DNA of 64,000 nt from assembly GCA_021108395.1 (NCBI GenBank), contig JAIOQZ010000038.1, forward strand, positions 3,415 to 67,414. The letters run 5' to 3'. The notes beneath the pieces were generated by a model that saw only the letters and a program-made list of their open reading frames with translations, was not told the DNA's origin and did not search any database. The position numbers and the translations under genes are program-made. Origin of the DNA: Candidatus Cloacimonadota bacterium. GTDB taxonomy: Bacteria; Cloacimonadota; Cloacimonadia; Cloacimonadales; JAIOQZ01. Shown one piece after another: positions 28,696-39,645 of the stretch (positions are counted from its first letter, which is position 1; the number at the start of each line of letters is the position of its first letter).

Positions 28696-28740
28696 TTGAC
28701 AGGAGAAATTGCAATTGCAAGTTCGATTTAGTTTTGGAGG
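28696..28740 (+). promoter_or_regulatory. Candidate promoter/operator of the AT-rich two-gene island
   Basis: TTGACA at 28696-28701; the perfect 12-bp palindrome TTGCAATTGCAA at 28709-28720; a TAGTTTTG element; then GGAGG 9 nt before ATG 28750. Confidence 0.3.
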
Positions 28741-28749
28741 ATTACCCTA

Positions 28750-30903
28750 ATGAGTATAAGAAACAAGAAAGCGAATCAAGCAACGTTGCGTTCCTACCAG
28801 ACAAAAATCAAATCACCAATTTGGGAAGCCTATAGTAATGCATTCGAGGGAATGTTCAAGGATCTACAAAACAATAATCGACTTGATCTTTCTCCATTAT
28901 CACATGAGCGGTCAAATAATGGTTTCGAGAGAAATTTTTCTTGGGATTGGTATGTGCCTCATACAGAAGCCACAATCAGTTTGAGGAAAGGGCATTCGTC
29001 CCATCATGAGGATGATTTAAAGCGTTGGACTAATTCAGAGGAGAGCTTTTTCGATATTCTTTTCGAAAAAAATACTAGATTAGTTGATGTGATTGGATAC
29101 ACTGGATTAGGAAAATCAACATTTCTGCACTATTTCTTTCTTAAATATCTTCCTGACAAAGTTGATAGTGAATCTGGTGTCGAGGAAAATTCAATCGTAG
29201 ATTTAAATAAACTGGCAGTAGTAAATATTCCGTTAATCTTTACGTCAGTCGAGGCAATTATGGGGGAATGGAATAGTGAAGTGAATAATTTCCTCTGGAC
29301 CCGTTTCAGTGAATTGTCTACAAAAGTGTTCTGGAAGAGTCTATTGCGATCAAATTTATACTTGCATCATGATTTTGAATTTGAAGTAGTAAATGATGAA
29401 TTAAAGGTAAGGCCACCAACAGATCCCAATTTAGTAGATTACTACCAAGATAGTGAAGAATTGGTTAATAGCATTGATAATAGAAGGAATACTAAAAACA
29501 GTTTTAAAAAGTGGTACAGAGATCTTTCGACTTGGAGAAGTACAGAGTATGATATCGGTTATGACATGAATCTACAGATAATTAGAATGCTCTCGAAATA
29601 TTTCGGTTATACATTTCTACTGATTATTGATAATATCGATCAAGTACATAAAATGCAACAAGATCGAATATTGGAAATAATCCAATTAAAAATGAGATTA
29701 TACCAAGACTACAAAAACGTCAAATTAATTATTGCGGTTAGAGACAGTTTCTATGAGCCTGTACTCTCTAATACATATGTTGCGTCTTACGGGAGAAATC
29801 GAAAACCGTTTCACTTACCAGCTATGAATTTGAGAATTGTTCTTGAAATACGGAAAGAAAGATTATTTGACCCATTAAAAGGAAATTGCTCGCGGATGTC
29901 AATAGTGAATAATACGGAAGTTGAGGTAAGCAATGTAGATAATTTTTTGGAAGCACTCTTCATGTTTTTTGATGATGCGGCTGACAACTATCACGAATTG
30001 TATCAACTAGCAAATTACAATATTCGCAGAATGCTTAAAATAGTGCAATATTACATTGAATCTCCTCATATGAGTTTGCCTCTAATACATGACATTTCAA
30101 GACTATCAATGACTTGCCCTCCTAATCGCACTGAAACAAAACAAATAGTACATAAACTTTTGTCATTCGAACGATTAGTAGATGTACTGATTCGTCATTC
30201 AAATTATTTAGTTGACATTAAATCAGATTCTCTAATGCCAAATTTATTTAACTCAGGTAGTGCTGAACATTTTTCATCTACTCTAACACGACTTTTCACT
30301 ATTTGGATTGTAAATAGGGAATCTTCTGTCTCGGTCGATGAAGTTATTGCGAATTTGGAATCCTTCGGTCACGGAAAGGCAGCTATAGAAAGAGAAATCA
30401 ACAAATTATTGGAAATGCAGTTGATTTTTTCAAATATGGGAAACGATATCGCAAATAATCCGAAGCGCAGAAATCAGATGTTAGAAACCAGAGATCTTCC
30501 CTGTGGGAGATATATTATAAATCATGTAATTGGTAGTCTTTACTATATCCAAAGATATGCATATATTACTCCTATGCGATCGGATTTATTGGAAGATGTC
30601 TATCTACCAGAATCTTCATCTGAAAAAATTGATTTCAAGAAGAGAATGATGGGAGCAAGTGCATTATATAAACAACTAGAATCAGATTTCATAAATCAGT
30701 ATGAGTTTGTTGCTGGGTATCAGAAAGAAAACCCACAATGTAGGGTATTGAATAAATTTAATTACTACGGATTTTTCCAGATAATTAAACAAATTCATAG
30801 TCAAATTGAGTTTACTTGTGCTGATTTGCAACTGCTATTCAAAGAAGATAAACTCGACTCAGCACAGCTTTTTCCAAATCATAGAATATCTAATTTCCCA
30901 TAG
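28750..30903 (+). CDS. AAA+/STAND-like P-loop NTPase with a predicted winged-helix region; function unknown (candidate conflict-system NTPase)
   Basis: Walker A VIGYTGLGKSTFL; Walker B FLLIIDNIDQ; sensor-1-like KLIIAVRDS; lid-like ANYNIRRMLKIV; wHTH-like VSVDEVIANLESFGHGKAAIEREINKLLEMQLI. Composition is about 27-30% G+C in sampled lines. Confidence 0.8.
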   Translation: MSIRNKKANQATLRSYQTKIKSPIWEAYSNAFEGMFKDLQNNNRLDLSPLSHERSNNGFERNFSWDWYVPHTEATISLRKGHSSHHEDDLKRWTNSEESFFDILFEKNTRLVDVIGYTGLGKSTFLHYFFLKYLPDKVDSESGVEENSIVDLNKLAVVNIPLIFTSVEAIMGEWNSEVNNFLWTRFSELSTKVFWKSLLRSNLYLHHDFEFEVVNDELKVRPPTDPNLVDYYQDSEELVNSIDNRRNTKNSFKKWYRDLSTWRSTEYDIGYDMNLQIIRMLSKYFGYTFLLIIDNIDQVHKMQQDRILEIIQLKMRLYQDYKNVKLIIAVRDSFYEPVLSNTYVASYGRNRKPFHLPAMNLRIVLEIRKERLFDPLKGNCSRMSIVNNTEVEVSNVDNFLEALFMFFDDAADNYHELYQLANYNIRRMLKIVQYYIESPHMSLPLIHDISRLSMTCPPNRTETKQIVHKLLSFERLVDVLIRHSNYLVDIKSDSLMPNLFNSGSAEHFSSTLTRLFTIWIVNRESSVSVDEVIANLESFGHGKAAIEREINKLLEMQLIFSNMGNDIANNPKRRNQMLETRDLPCGRYIINHVIGSLYYIQRYAYITPMRSDLLEDVYLPESSSEKIDFKKRMMGASALYKQLESDFINQYEFVAGYQKENPQCRVLNKFNYYGFFQIIKQIHSQIEFTCADLQLLFKEDKLDSAQLFPNHRISNFP

Positions 30904-30911
30904 GAAGTTAT

Positions 30912-31196
30912 ATGATGAAGATAGATCAATTTATTCAGAAAACACTGTTGTCAATTCAGGTTGGGGTAGATGGCGCGAATGATTCTTCGAATGATGTTAA
31001 GTTTTTTTTGAAACAGTGGAATAGTGCCGGTACAGATTCTGGTATCCACTTTGATATTGCAATAAGTGTGGATAAAGAATCAAGTGCAGAAGGTACTGTT
31101 GGTGTTATACATGTAATATCTGCGAAACTAAAAGGACGTTTGGCAAAAAGAAACAAACAGATTTCGCGGATTCAGTTCGTGGTTCATGTAAAATAA
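30912..31196 (+). CDS. Small 94-aa protein, beta-rich, reminiscent of trypco2-type small partner proteins
   Basis: It starts 8 nt after the NTPase stop and has the same AT-rich composition. The pattern is an N-terminal helix, then IHFDIAISVDKESSAEGTVGVIHVISAKLKGRLAKRNKQISRIQFVVHV. The family assignment is from memory only. Confidence 0.6.
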   Translation: MMKIDQFIQKTLLSIQVGVDGANDSSNDVKFFLKQWNSAGTDSGIHFDIAISVDKESSAEGTVGVIHVISAKLKGRLAKRNKQISRIQFVVHVK

Positions 31197-31290
31197 ACAT
31201 CTGACACGAAATCGGAAAGATTCATTACAAAATTGGTCATTCAATTCATCCCCCATCTTTTCCTTGCCACAAACGCGCACGTTCTGCAAA

Positions 31291-31989
31291 ATGGATGCTA
31301 CTATGGAAACAATTATACGAACAAGCGAACTGCACAAGGTTTATCAGATGGGCAAGGTGAGTGTGCGCGCCCTGGCAGGCGTGGACATCGAAATAGGCGC
31401 CGGCGAGTTCGTGGCCATCATGGGGCCGTCGGGCTCCGGGAAGTCCACGCTGATGCACATTCTGGGCTGCCTCGACAGCGCCACCGAAGGCAATTACTGG
31501 CTCGAAGACGAACGCGTGAGCGGCCTCAGCAAACGCCGCCTGGCCACCATTCGCAATCAGCGGGTCGGGTTTGTCTTCCAAACGTTCAACCTGCTGCCCC
31601 ACCTGAACATTCAGAAGAACGTCGAGCTGCCGCTCATGTACTCCGGCATGGGGCCGCGCAAACGGCGCAACCGCGCCCGTGAGGTGCTGGCCAGCGTGGG
31701 GCTGTCCGACCGCCTGCGCCACCGCCCGTCCGAGCTGTCCGGCGGCCAGCGACAGCGCGTGGCCATCGCCAGAGCCATCGTCAACTCGCCGTCCATCGTC
31801 CTGGCCGACGAACCCACCGGCAACCTCGACACCGGCTCCGGCAGCGACATCCTGAGCCTGTTCAGCGAGCTGAACGATCGTGGACACACCATCATCATCG
31901 TCACCCACGACCCCGCCGTGGCGCACCGCGCCAACCGCATCATCAAGATCGTTGACGGCCTCATCGTTGACGGGGAGGACGCGGCGTAG
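31291..31989 (+). CDS. ABC transporter ATP-binding protein (MacB/LolD-type)
   Basis: Walker A GPSGSGKST, signature LSGGQRQRVAIARA, Walker B IVLADEPTGNLD. Start is ATG 31291 or 31303. Confidence 0.9.
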   Translation: MDATMETIIRTSELHKVYQMGKVSVRALAGVDIEIGAGEFVAIMGPSGSGKSTLMHILGCLDSATEGNYWLEDERVSGLSKRRLATIRNQRVGFVFQTFNLLPHLNIQKNVELPLMYSGMGPRKRRNRAREVLASVGLSDRLRHRPSELSGGQRQRVAIARAIVNSPSIVLADEPTGNLDTGSGSDILSLFSELNDRGHTIIIVTHDPAVAHRANRIIKIVDGLIVDGEDAA

Positions 31990-31990
31990 C

Positions 31991-33226
<1,236 letters not shown>

Positions 33227-33240
33227 GAACGCCAGATAAC

Positions 33241-34206
33241 ATGCCTGCTCGCCTGCTCCGCTCGGTGATTGGATTTCTCAAAACCTACATCCGCGTGTTC
33301 CGCCAGCAATCGATTATGCTCGAGTCTGCCGCGCTCACGTTCGTCACCATCATGGGGTTCATCCCGTTCGTTGTCTTTACCCTGGTGTTGATTCCCGAGA
33401 TGGTGAACGCCCAGGCGAACGAACTGATACGCAAGGCGCTCATCACCATCTTCGTGCCGGAATCCGCCGAGCAGATTCAGCACTACATTACCCAGTTGCT
33501 CGACCGCAAGATACCGCTCAACCTGTTTAACCTGGCGCTCATTTTCATCACGTCCTATTCGCTGTTCCGCATCATCAACCTGTCCTTCGACCGCATTTTG
33601 AACGTTCACGAGCTTAAGGTGAGGAACTTCATCGGGCAGATGGTCAAGTTTTTCGGCACCATCATTTTTGGCTTTCTGCTCATTCTGGTGGTGTTTTCGG
33701 CATCCTCGCTGCCGCTGGTGTCCACTTTGTTCAATGTGCCCTTCCTGCAATCGTTTACAGTTTACATCGTGCCGTTCATGCTACTGTTCCTGTTTATCCT
33801 GCTGGGCTATTTCTTCATACCCAATGTCCGCATCAAGGCAAGAACGATGCTCATCAGCGCAAGCGCCGCCTCGGGCGCCTGGATCGTGGTGAAACTGCTA
33901 TATAATTTGTATATTCGCAACCTCACAAACATGGAAGTGCTGTACGGCGTACTCTCGTCCATACCGGTATTCCTGTTCTGGATCTACATCAACTGGATCA
34001 TCGTGCTGGGTGGCGTGGTGCTGGTGGCCATTCTCGAAGATCGCCACGCCATTGAGACTGTCAGCAGCAACGGCCATCGCATTCGCATCACCTTCGAGAG
34101 AGAGGTGCAGGACGAAACGATGTCTGTGTCTCATGCCGCGCTTTCGGTAAAGGAATTGCGCCATCTGCTGCGCGAACTGATTGGGAATGATGACGATGAG
34201 GAGTAA
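33241..34206 (+). CDS. YihY/BrkB-family inner membrane protein
   Basis: Six hydrophobic segments, and the family-typical LYGVLSSIPVFLFWIYINWIIVLGG. Confidence 0.8.
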   Translation: MPARLLRSVIGFLKTYIRVFRQQSIMLESAALTFVTIMGFIPFVVFTLVLIPEMVNAQANELIRKALITIFVPESAEQIQHYITQLLDRKIPLNLFNLALIFITSYSLFRIINLSFDRILNVHELKVRNFIGQMVKFFGTIIFGFLLILVVFSASSLPLVSTLFNVPFLQSFTVYIVPFMLLFLFILLGYFFIPNVRIKARTMLISASAASGAWIVVKLLYNLYIRNLTNMEVLYGVLSSIPVFLFWIYINWIIVLGGVVLVAILEDRHAIETVSSNGHRIRITFEREVQDETMSVSHAALSVKELRHLLRELIGNDDDEE

Positions 34207-34257
34207 AGCGACAGGCCGATTTTTCCACCTGTAACATTTTCAAGGAGCAAACCCGAC

Positions 34258-35793
34258 ATGCGTGCATTGATAAGCGTTTCCGACAAGACCGGCGCAGTCG
34301 ATTTCGCCAGGTCGCTTCACGAGCTTGGCTGGGAGATCGTCTCGACCGGCGGTACCGCCAGAGCCATCGGCCAGGCCGGTATCTCCGTCACCTCCGTCGA
34401 GGACGTCACCGGTTTTCCTGAGATTATGAACGGCCGCGTGAAAACGCTGCATCCGCTGGTGCATGGCGGCATCCTGGCCGACTGGGACAACCCCGCTCAC
34501 CGCGAGGCCGCCGAACGCCACGGCATCGAGCCGTTCGCCATAGTCGCCGTCAATCTCTACCCGTTTGAGCAGACCATTGCCCGCCCCGATGCAACGCGCA
34601 CCGAGAAAATCGAGAACATCGACATCGGTGGGCCGACGATGATTCGCTCCGCCGCCAAGAACTTCGCTCATGTGGCGATAGTCGTCAATCCGGCGGACTA
34701 CGCGCCCGTTGTCGAAGCCCTGCGCGAGCATGGTGAAGTTCCGCTCGGCCTCCGCCGTGATCTCGCCGCCAGAGCCTTCGCCCACACAGCCCACTACGAC
34801 AGCGTTATCGCCGGTGAGATGCAGGCTTGGCTGGGGCGCAAGCTGCCGGAAACGCTGAATGTGAGCGCACCGCTTGCCCTTATGCCGCGTTATGGCGAAA
34901 ACCCGCACCAGGTGGCCGCGCTGTACGAATCGCCTGGACACAAGGTGATAGAGGCGCTGCATGGCAAGCAGCTTTCCTACAACAACCTGCTGGATGTGGA
35001 CGCCGCGCTGCGCCTCATCGACGTCTTTGGCGACGAAGCGCCCACGCTGGCCATTATCAAGCACACCAACCCCTGCGGCATCGGTACGGCGGATACACTG
35101 CTCGAAGCCTACGACAAAGCGTTCGCCACCGACCCGCTGTCGCCGTTCGGGGGCGTGGTGGTGGTCAATCGCATCCTCGACCTGGCCACTGCCGAGCGCA
35201 TCAACGAGGTGTTCACCGAAATCGTTATCGCGCCGGAATTTGCCGACGACGCCCTGGCAAAGCTGCGCAAAAAGAAGAACCGGCGCCTGGTGCGGTTCGA
35301 CCGTGAAGCGCTGTCTGTTTTACGTGCTCGCTTGCGCTTGGTGAGTTGCATGGGCGGCTGGTTGGCGCAGGGCAACGATGTCCGGTGCGACGACGACAAT
35401 GCCTGGCGCGTGGTGACAAAGCGGCAGCCCACCGAGGGAGAATGGGCTGCGCTTCGCTTTGGCTGGAAGAGCGTGGCCGTGCTCAAGTCCAACGCCGTAT
35501 GCTTTGTCGCCGCCGACCGCACTATCGGTCTTGGCATCGGGCAGACGAGCCGCATCGACAGCACCGAGATTGCCGTGGCCAAGGCCCACAAGTTCGGCCT
35601 GTCCATCGAGGGCAGCGTGTGCGCGTCGGATGGATTTTTCCCCTTCCGCGACAGCGTGGACGCAGTGGCCGACTTGGGCGTGACGGCGGTCATTCAGCCG
35701 GGCGGCTCGAAAGGTGACGAGGAGGTCATCGCTGCCTGCGACGAACACGGCATCGCCATGATATTTACCGGCATGCGTCATTTCCGGCATTGA
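34258..35793 (+). CDS. purH: Bifunctional AICAR transformylase / IMP cyclohydrolase
   Basis: MRALISVSDKTG, STGGTA, VHGGILA, IIKHTNPCG and the C-terminus GMRHFRH. Confidence 0.95.
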   Translation: MRALISVSDKTGAVDFARSLHELGWEIVSTGGTARAIGQAGISVTSVEDVTGFPEIMNGRVKTLHPLVHGGILADWDNPAHREAAERHGIEPFAIVAVNLYPFEQTIARPDATRTEKIENIDIGGPTMIRSAAKNFAHVAIVVNPADYAPVVEALREHGEVPLGLRRDLAARAFAHTAHYDSVIAGEMQAWLGRKLPETLNVSAPLALMPRYGENPHQVAALYESPGHKVIEALHGKQLSYNNLLDVDAALRLIDVFGDEAPTLAIIKHTNPCGIGTADTLLEAYDKAFATDPLSPFGGVVVVNRILDLATAERINEVFTEIVIAPEFADDALAKLRKKKNRRLVRFDREALSVLRARLRLVSCMGGWLAQGNDVRCDDDNAWRVVTKRQPTEGEWAALRFGWKSVAVLKSNAVCFVAADRTIGLGIGQTSRIDSTEIAVAKAHKFGLSIEGSVCASDGFFPFRDSVDAVADLGVTAVIQPGGSKGDEEVIAACDEHGIAMIFTGMRHFRH

Positions 35794-35869
35794 GCCGGTC
35801 GAATTCGCCCAGTTACAACAAAAAGGTTTACAAGAAATCTGGTTGTCGATAAGTGGGGTTTCTCTATGC

Positions 35870-35962
35870 GGAGACGTGTCCGAGCTGGCTTAAGGAGCAC
35901 GATTGGAAATCGTGTGCATGGGGAAACTCGTGTCCAGGGTTCGAATCCCTGCGTCTCCGCCA
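35870..35962 (+). tRNA. tRNA-Ser (anticodon GGA), CCA encoded
   Basis: GGAGACG acceptor pairs with CGTCTCC. The anticodon arm is CACGA-TTGGAAA-TCGTG. It has a long variable arm and the T-loop GGTTCGAATCC. Length is 93 nt. Confidence 0.9.
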
Positions 35963-36039
35963 TTAACTTTCCATGAATCCTTTGACATTTCGGCATTTCA
36001 GATTAATTTATGTCTATCCCCGTAGTTGGAGAGAGAACG

Positions 36040-36738
36040 ATGAAAGACAAAAAGTCTGTTGAATTCCATTACACATTCACGTTTGGGAATGGCATGGAGC
36101 GAGAATTTCACCTCGAACTCGATCCAGACAGCCTGGCGTTGATAGAGAAGCAGCACAACGGCCTGCCCCCCTGGACGCGACTGTCCTACTGCCAATGCCC
36201 TCAGTGCACGCTCACCGAGGAGATGACTCCCTGGTGTCCCGTAGCCGCCAACGTGGTCGAGCTAATCGAATTTTTTCGTGAGATGGTCAGCTATGAAAAG
36301 GTGCATGTGCGTATCGACACTCCCGAACGCACCTACATGCGTGACACAGACATCCAGAAAGGCGTCAGCTCGCTCATGGGCATCTACACCGTCACCTCGG
36401 GTTGCCCTGTTTTCACTCGTTTGCGGCCAATGGTACGCTTTCACCTGCCGTTCGCCACACTCGAGGAGACGATGTATCGCGTCGTGTCGATGTACCTGAT
36501 GAGGCAATACTTTCGCATGCGCCGTGGTGGAACGCCTGACTGGGAGATGAAAGACCTTACAGACACCTACCGCGATATACACGAGGTCAATAACGCCTTT
36601 CTCGAACGCATTGCCGACTTCAGGCTCAAGGACAGCCACGTCAACGCACTCGTCATACTCGATATTTTCGCCTCATACATGACCTTCAGCCTCGAAACGG
36701 ACAATCTGACGAAGATCGAATACCTGTTCCGCGATTGA
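36040..36738 (+). CDS. Hypothetical Cys-motif protein
   Basis: Start chosen at MKDKKSVEF after GGAGAGAGA. It contains YCQCPQC, WCP and SGCP motifs. I recognise no family. Confidence 0.65.
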   Translation: MKDKKSVEFHYTFTFGNGMEREFHLELDPDSLALIEKQHNGLPPWTRLSYCQCPQCTLTEEMTPWCPVAANVVELIEFFREMVSYEKVHVRIDTPERTYMRDTDIQKGVSSLMGIYTVTSGCPVFTRLRPMVRFHLPFATLEETMYRVVSMYLMRQYFRMRRGGTPDWEMKDLTDTYRDIHEVNNAFLERIADFRLKDSHVNALVILDIFASYMTFSLETDNLTKIEYLFRD

Positions 36739-36757
36739 CCCTATTTTCTCAAAAACG

Positions 36758-36786
36758 ACAAGAGCCGGCAAAACGCCGGCTCTTGT
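36758..36786. terminator. Bidirectional rho-independent terminator between convergent genes
   Basis: A perfect 12-bp stem, ACAAGAGCCGGC-AAAAC-GCCGGCTCTTGT, flanked by an A-run upstream and a T-rich run downstream. Confidence 0.7.
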
Positions 36787-36801
36787 TGTGTATGGTTGTC
36801 G

Positions 36802-38421
36802 CTACTGCTGTTTGGTGCTGTCGATCATCGAGCGCATGGTGGCGCTATGCTGATTGATTTCGCTTTGCACACCCGGCTTGTCGGTGCGGGATTTGGCGTT
36901 GTTGAGCGCATCGAGAGCCTGGCGGAACTGCTGGTTGGCCTGCTCGCGCAAACCCTCCTTGCGGCGAATCATATCATCGCGGGCGCTACCGATGAGATCA
37001 CCCGAGCGCACACCTTCTTCGTAGGCTGTTTCCACTTCGATAAGTTCGTTGTAGGTGTCGTAGCCGCGCTTCTGGTAGATTTGGAAAAGCAGCATATGCG
37101 GCTCGAACTTGTCGGGGTGAAGCTCGGTGGCCTGAATCGCAGTGCGCTGGGCGGCGTTGTAATCGCCCAGCGAGATGTGTATATCGGCCTTCAGTAGTGG
37201 CACGATGGCGTTGTCCGGCTCGATCTCGAGTAGCTTGTCGAGCGTTTGCACGGCCTGCTGATTGAGCCGCTGCTTCTCGGCGCCGTCTGTGTTTTGGGCG
37301 GCTGTGCGATATGCCTGGGCAAGGTTGAGATATGCCTTGGTGTTGCCGGGCTCGCTGGCGATAACGCTCTCATATTGCTCAATAGCCTCGAGGATGCGCC
37401 CGGTTTTCTGATAGGCGATGGCCAGCTTGCGATAGATTTCCTCGTCATCGGGATAGATGTCGTTGACGAAACGCAGGTGCGGCAAGGCGGCGTCATAGTC
37501 TTCTTCCTCGAACAGAATGAGCGCCAGGCGATAGTGCGGCTTGTCATAATCTTCGTCCAGTTCGAGCGCCAGTTCGAGCGCCGTCACTGCCTCATCGGTG
37601 TATCCGATGTCGGCGTAAAGATTGCCCACGCGCAACCACATGCAGGGGTCGGCAGTCCGCTCGGCAAGGTCTTCGAGCAGAGCGATGGCCTCGTCAAACT
37701 TGTCCTGCTCCTTATACACCACGCCCAGCAGGTTGATGACGCCATCATGTTCGGGGTCCAGTTCGAGCGCCTGCTTCAAGTAATCCTCAGACTGCCCGAA
37801 TTCCTGCTCTTCGTAGTGAATTTTTCCTATGTTGAGCACTGCGTCGAAATGATTGGGATCCAGCTCGAGTACCCGCAGGAAGCCTTTGATCGCCTCAGAC
37901 GCATTGCCCGAGCTGTATTGCTGCATAGCGATATGATAGAACTTGTCAACCTCGCCACCGGTGAACTCCTCGATCTTGGCGAACAGCTCATTTGCGAGCG
38001 CTTCGCGGCGAGCATCGGTGCGGGTCGTGACCTTGAAGCATAGCAACTTGATATCGTTCGAGCGCATAATGAAAACGCGCATCTGAACGCTGAACTCTGT
38101 GTTGGTATTCGAGGTGATTTCACCCCAGAGGACGATGTCGGCGCCCAGGCCCTGGCCGATTGCCTTCACCTGATCGGTTCCCAGTGCCATCAGGTTGTCG
38201 AAGCCGTTCTGTTTCAGGTATTTTTCAGTGTCCTTGATGCTGATGAGTTCGAATGTCGCGCTCTCATCGAGCACAGCGTCGAAGTCGCGCTTCATCATCG
38301 ACTTGGACACATTGGCGCTGGGCCGGTCACAGGTGAAGCCAAGAATGGCCACCTTCATGGGCGCGGCGAGCAGCGCCAGGCTGAAGCTCAATAATAAGCT
38401 TATGACGAGTAATTTTTTCAT
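36802..38421 (-). CDS. Secreted TPR-repeat protein
   Basis: Start at MKKLLVISLLLSFSLALLAAP (ATG 38421 after GGAGG). Multiple TPR-like units follow (ALELDPNHFDAVLNIGKIHY, ALELDPEHDGVINLLGVVY and others). Confidence 0.8.
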   Translation of the reverse strand: MKKLLVISLLLSFSLALLAAPMKVAILGFTCDRPSANVSKSMMKRDFDAVLDESATFELISIKDTEKYLKQNGFDNLMALGTDQVKAIGQGLGADIVLWGEITSNTNTEFSVQMRVFIMRSNDIKLLCFKVTTRTDARREALANELFAKIEEFTGGEVDKFYHIAMQQYSSGNASEAIKGFLRVLELDPNHFDAVLNIGKIHYEEQEFGQSEDYLKQALELDPEHDGVINLLGVVYKEQDKFDEAIALLEDLAERTADPCMWLRVGNLYADIGYTDEAVTALELALELDEDYDKPHYRLALILFEEEDYDAALPHLRFVNDIYPDDEEIYRKLAIAYQKTGRILEAIEQYESVIASEPGNTKAYLNLAQAYRTAAQNTDGAEKQRLNQQAVQTLDKLLEIEPDNAIVPLLKADIHISLGDYNAAQRTAIQATELHPDKFEPHMLLFQIYQKRGYDTYNELIEVETAYEEGVRSGDLIGSARDDMIRRKEGLREQANQQFRQALDALNNAKSRTDKPGVQSEINQHSATMRSMIDSTKQQ

Positions 38422-38802
38422 AATTGCCTCCGTTCCTTGCTGGCCGGTCGCGGGGCGCCGACCGCACAATCACATTTGTAATCATCTTCTGGCAAACTAA
38501 GATAATTCGGCAAGGTTTTTCCTGTCCAGGGCCGCAAAATCACTTCTGTGCGGTACGCCATGTCTTGTAGTCACAACGTGCGCGGCTCGCATTTATTACT
38601 TGCCAGATGTAAAATCTCACCCCCCCTGGCAAGAGTTACTATCGCTCCCTATTCTGGGACAAGGGTTGAACACACTAAGAGTTAAGTCGATAGTAACGAT
38701 AGTAGCTTTTTGGCAAGGACGGTTACTATCGGTTCTTTTGGTGTCCCGTCCTGAAATAGTTGACCAGTTTTTTCTTTGTTCGTTTCCATTTTGATGTGAT
38801 CC

Positions 38803-39645
38803 CTATGCAGCTTTCAGGATTTCATCTGGTGTGTGATAGTTTTGAGTGATGATGATACGATCCTCATTGTATATCCTGATCGCGTCTTTCACATAACGCG
38901 ATGCATCATCAAAGTCTCTGAAATTCCTCTTCAGCCCCAACTCGTGCTTCAGTATGCCGTTAATCCTCTCTGCTTTTGCGTTGTCGTAGCATTTACCAGC
39001 ACCTGTCATGCTGGTTAGATAGCTATACTTACGCAGAGCTCTCTGGAACCGGTTACTGGTATATTGGCAGCCATGATCAGAATGATGAATGCCAGATGGA
39101 ACATGTTTGCTTGTACGCACTTGACGAAGTTTCTTCATCGCTTGCTTCAATGCAAGTGCGGGACCTTGGGCTCCCAAGTCCTTTTGCAGTGAGTACCCCA
39201 GGATTGAATCTGAATAATGATCCGAGGTGAGAGACAAAAACACAAACCCCTTTTGCGTACGAAGATAAGTAATATCACTCGCGATTATTTCACCTACACG
39301 CTGGGCAGTGCCCATCAGCTTCACCAAATTTGGGTATTTACTGCGTCGTCCTATGCTTGTGTAGCATCGGCGACGATATACCTGAGAGAGCATGTTATGA
39401 GCTCGTAAAGTACTGAAGAGTTTATCCCTGCCTACGTTAATACCGCTCTCGACCAACATGTATTGCAGTTTGCGGACGCCGATGAAAGGCTGGGCTGCCC
39501 GTATCCGCTTTACTGCGAGGATAATATCATCAACCAACACCTGCTGTTTCTTGATGATACTCCTATGCTGATAATACCCTTGTTTAGAACGGCCAAACAA
39601 TCCGCAAACAGTATTCATGTTAGCGGTTACTTCTTTCTCTTGCAT
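38803..39645 (-). CDS. IS3-family transposase OrfB-type (HTH_21 plus rve DDE core); no orfA present
   Basis: VCGLFGRSKQGYYQH; DDE residues in IIASDITYL, IHHSDHGCQYTS and YDNAKAERINGILKHE. An A10G run lies upstream at 39682-39691. The in-frame extension to 39957 looks non-coding. Confidence 0.8.
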   Translation of the reverse strand: MQEKEVTANMNTVCGLFGRSKQGYYQHRSIIKKQQVLVDDIILAVKRIRAAQPFIGVRKLQYMLVESGINVGRDKLFSTLRAHNMLSQVYRRRCYTSIGRRSKYPNLVKLMGTAQRVGEIIASDITYLRTQKGFVFLSLTSDHYSDSILGYSLQKDLGAQGPALALKQAMKKLRQVRTSKHVPSGIHHSDHGCQYTSNRFQRALRKYSYLTSMTGAGKCYDNAKAERINGILKHELGLKRNFRDFDDASRYVKDAIRIYNEDRIIITQNYHTPDEILKAA

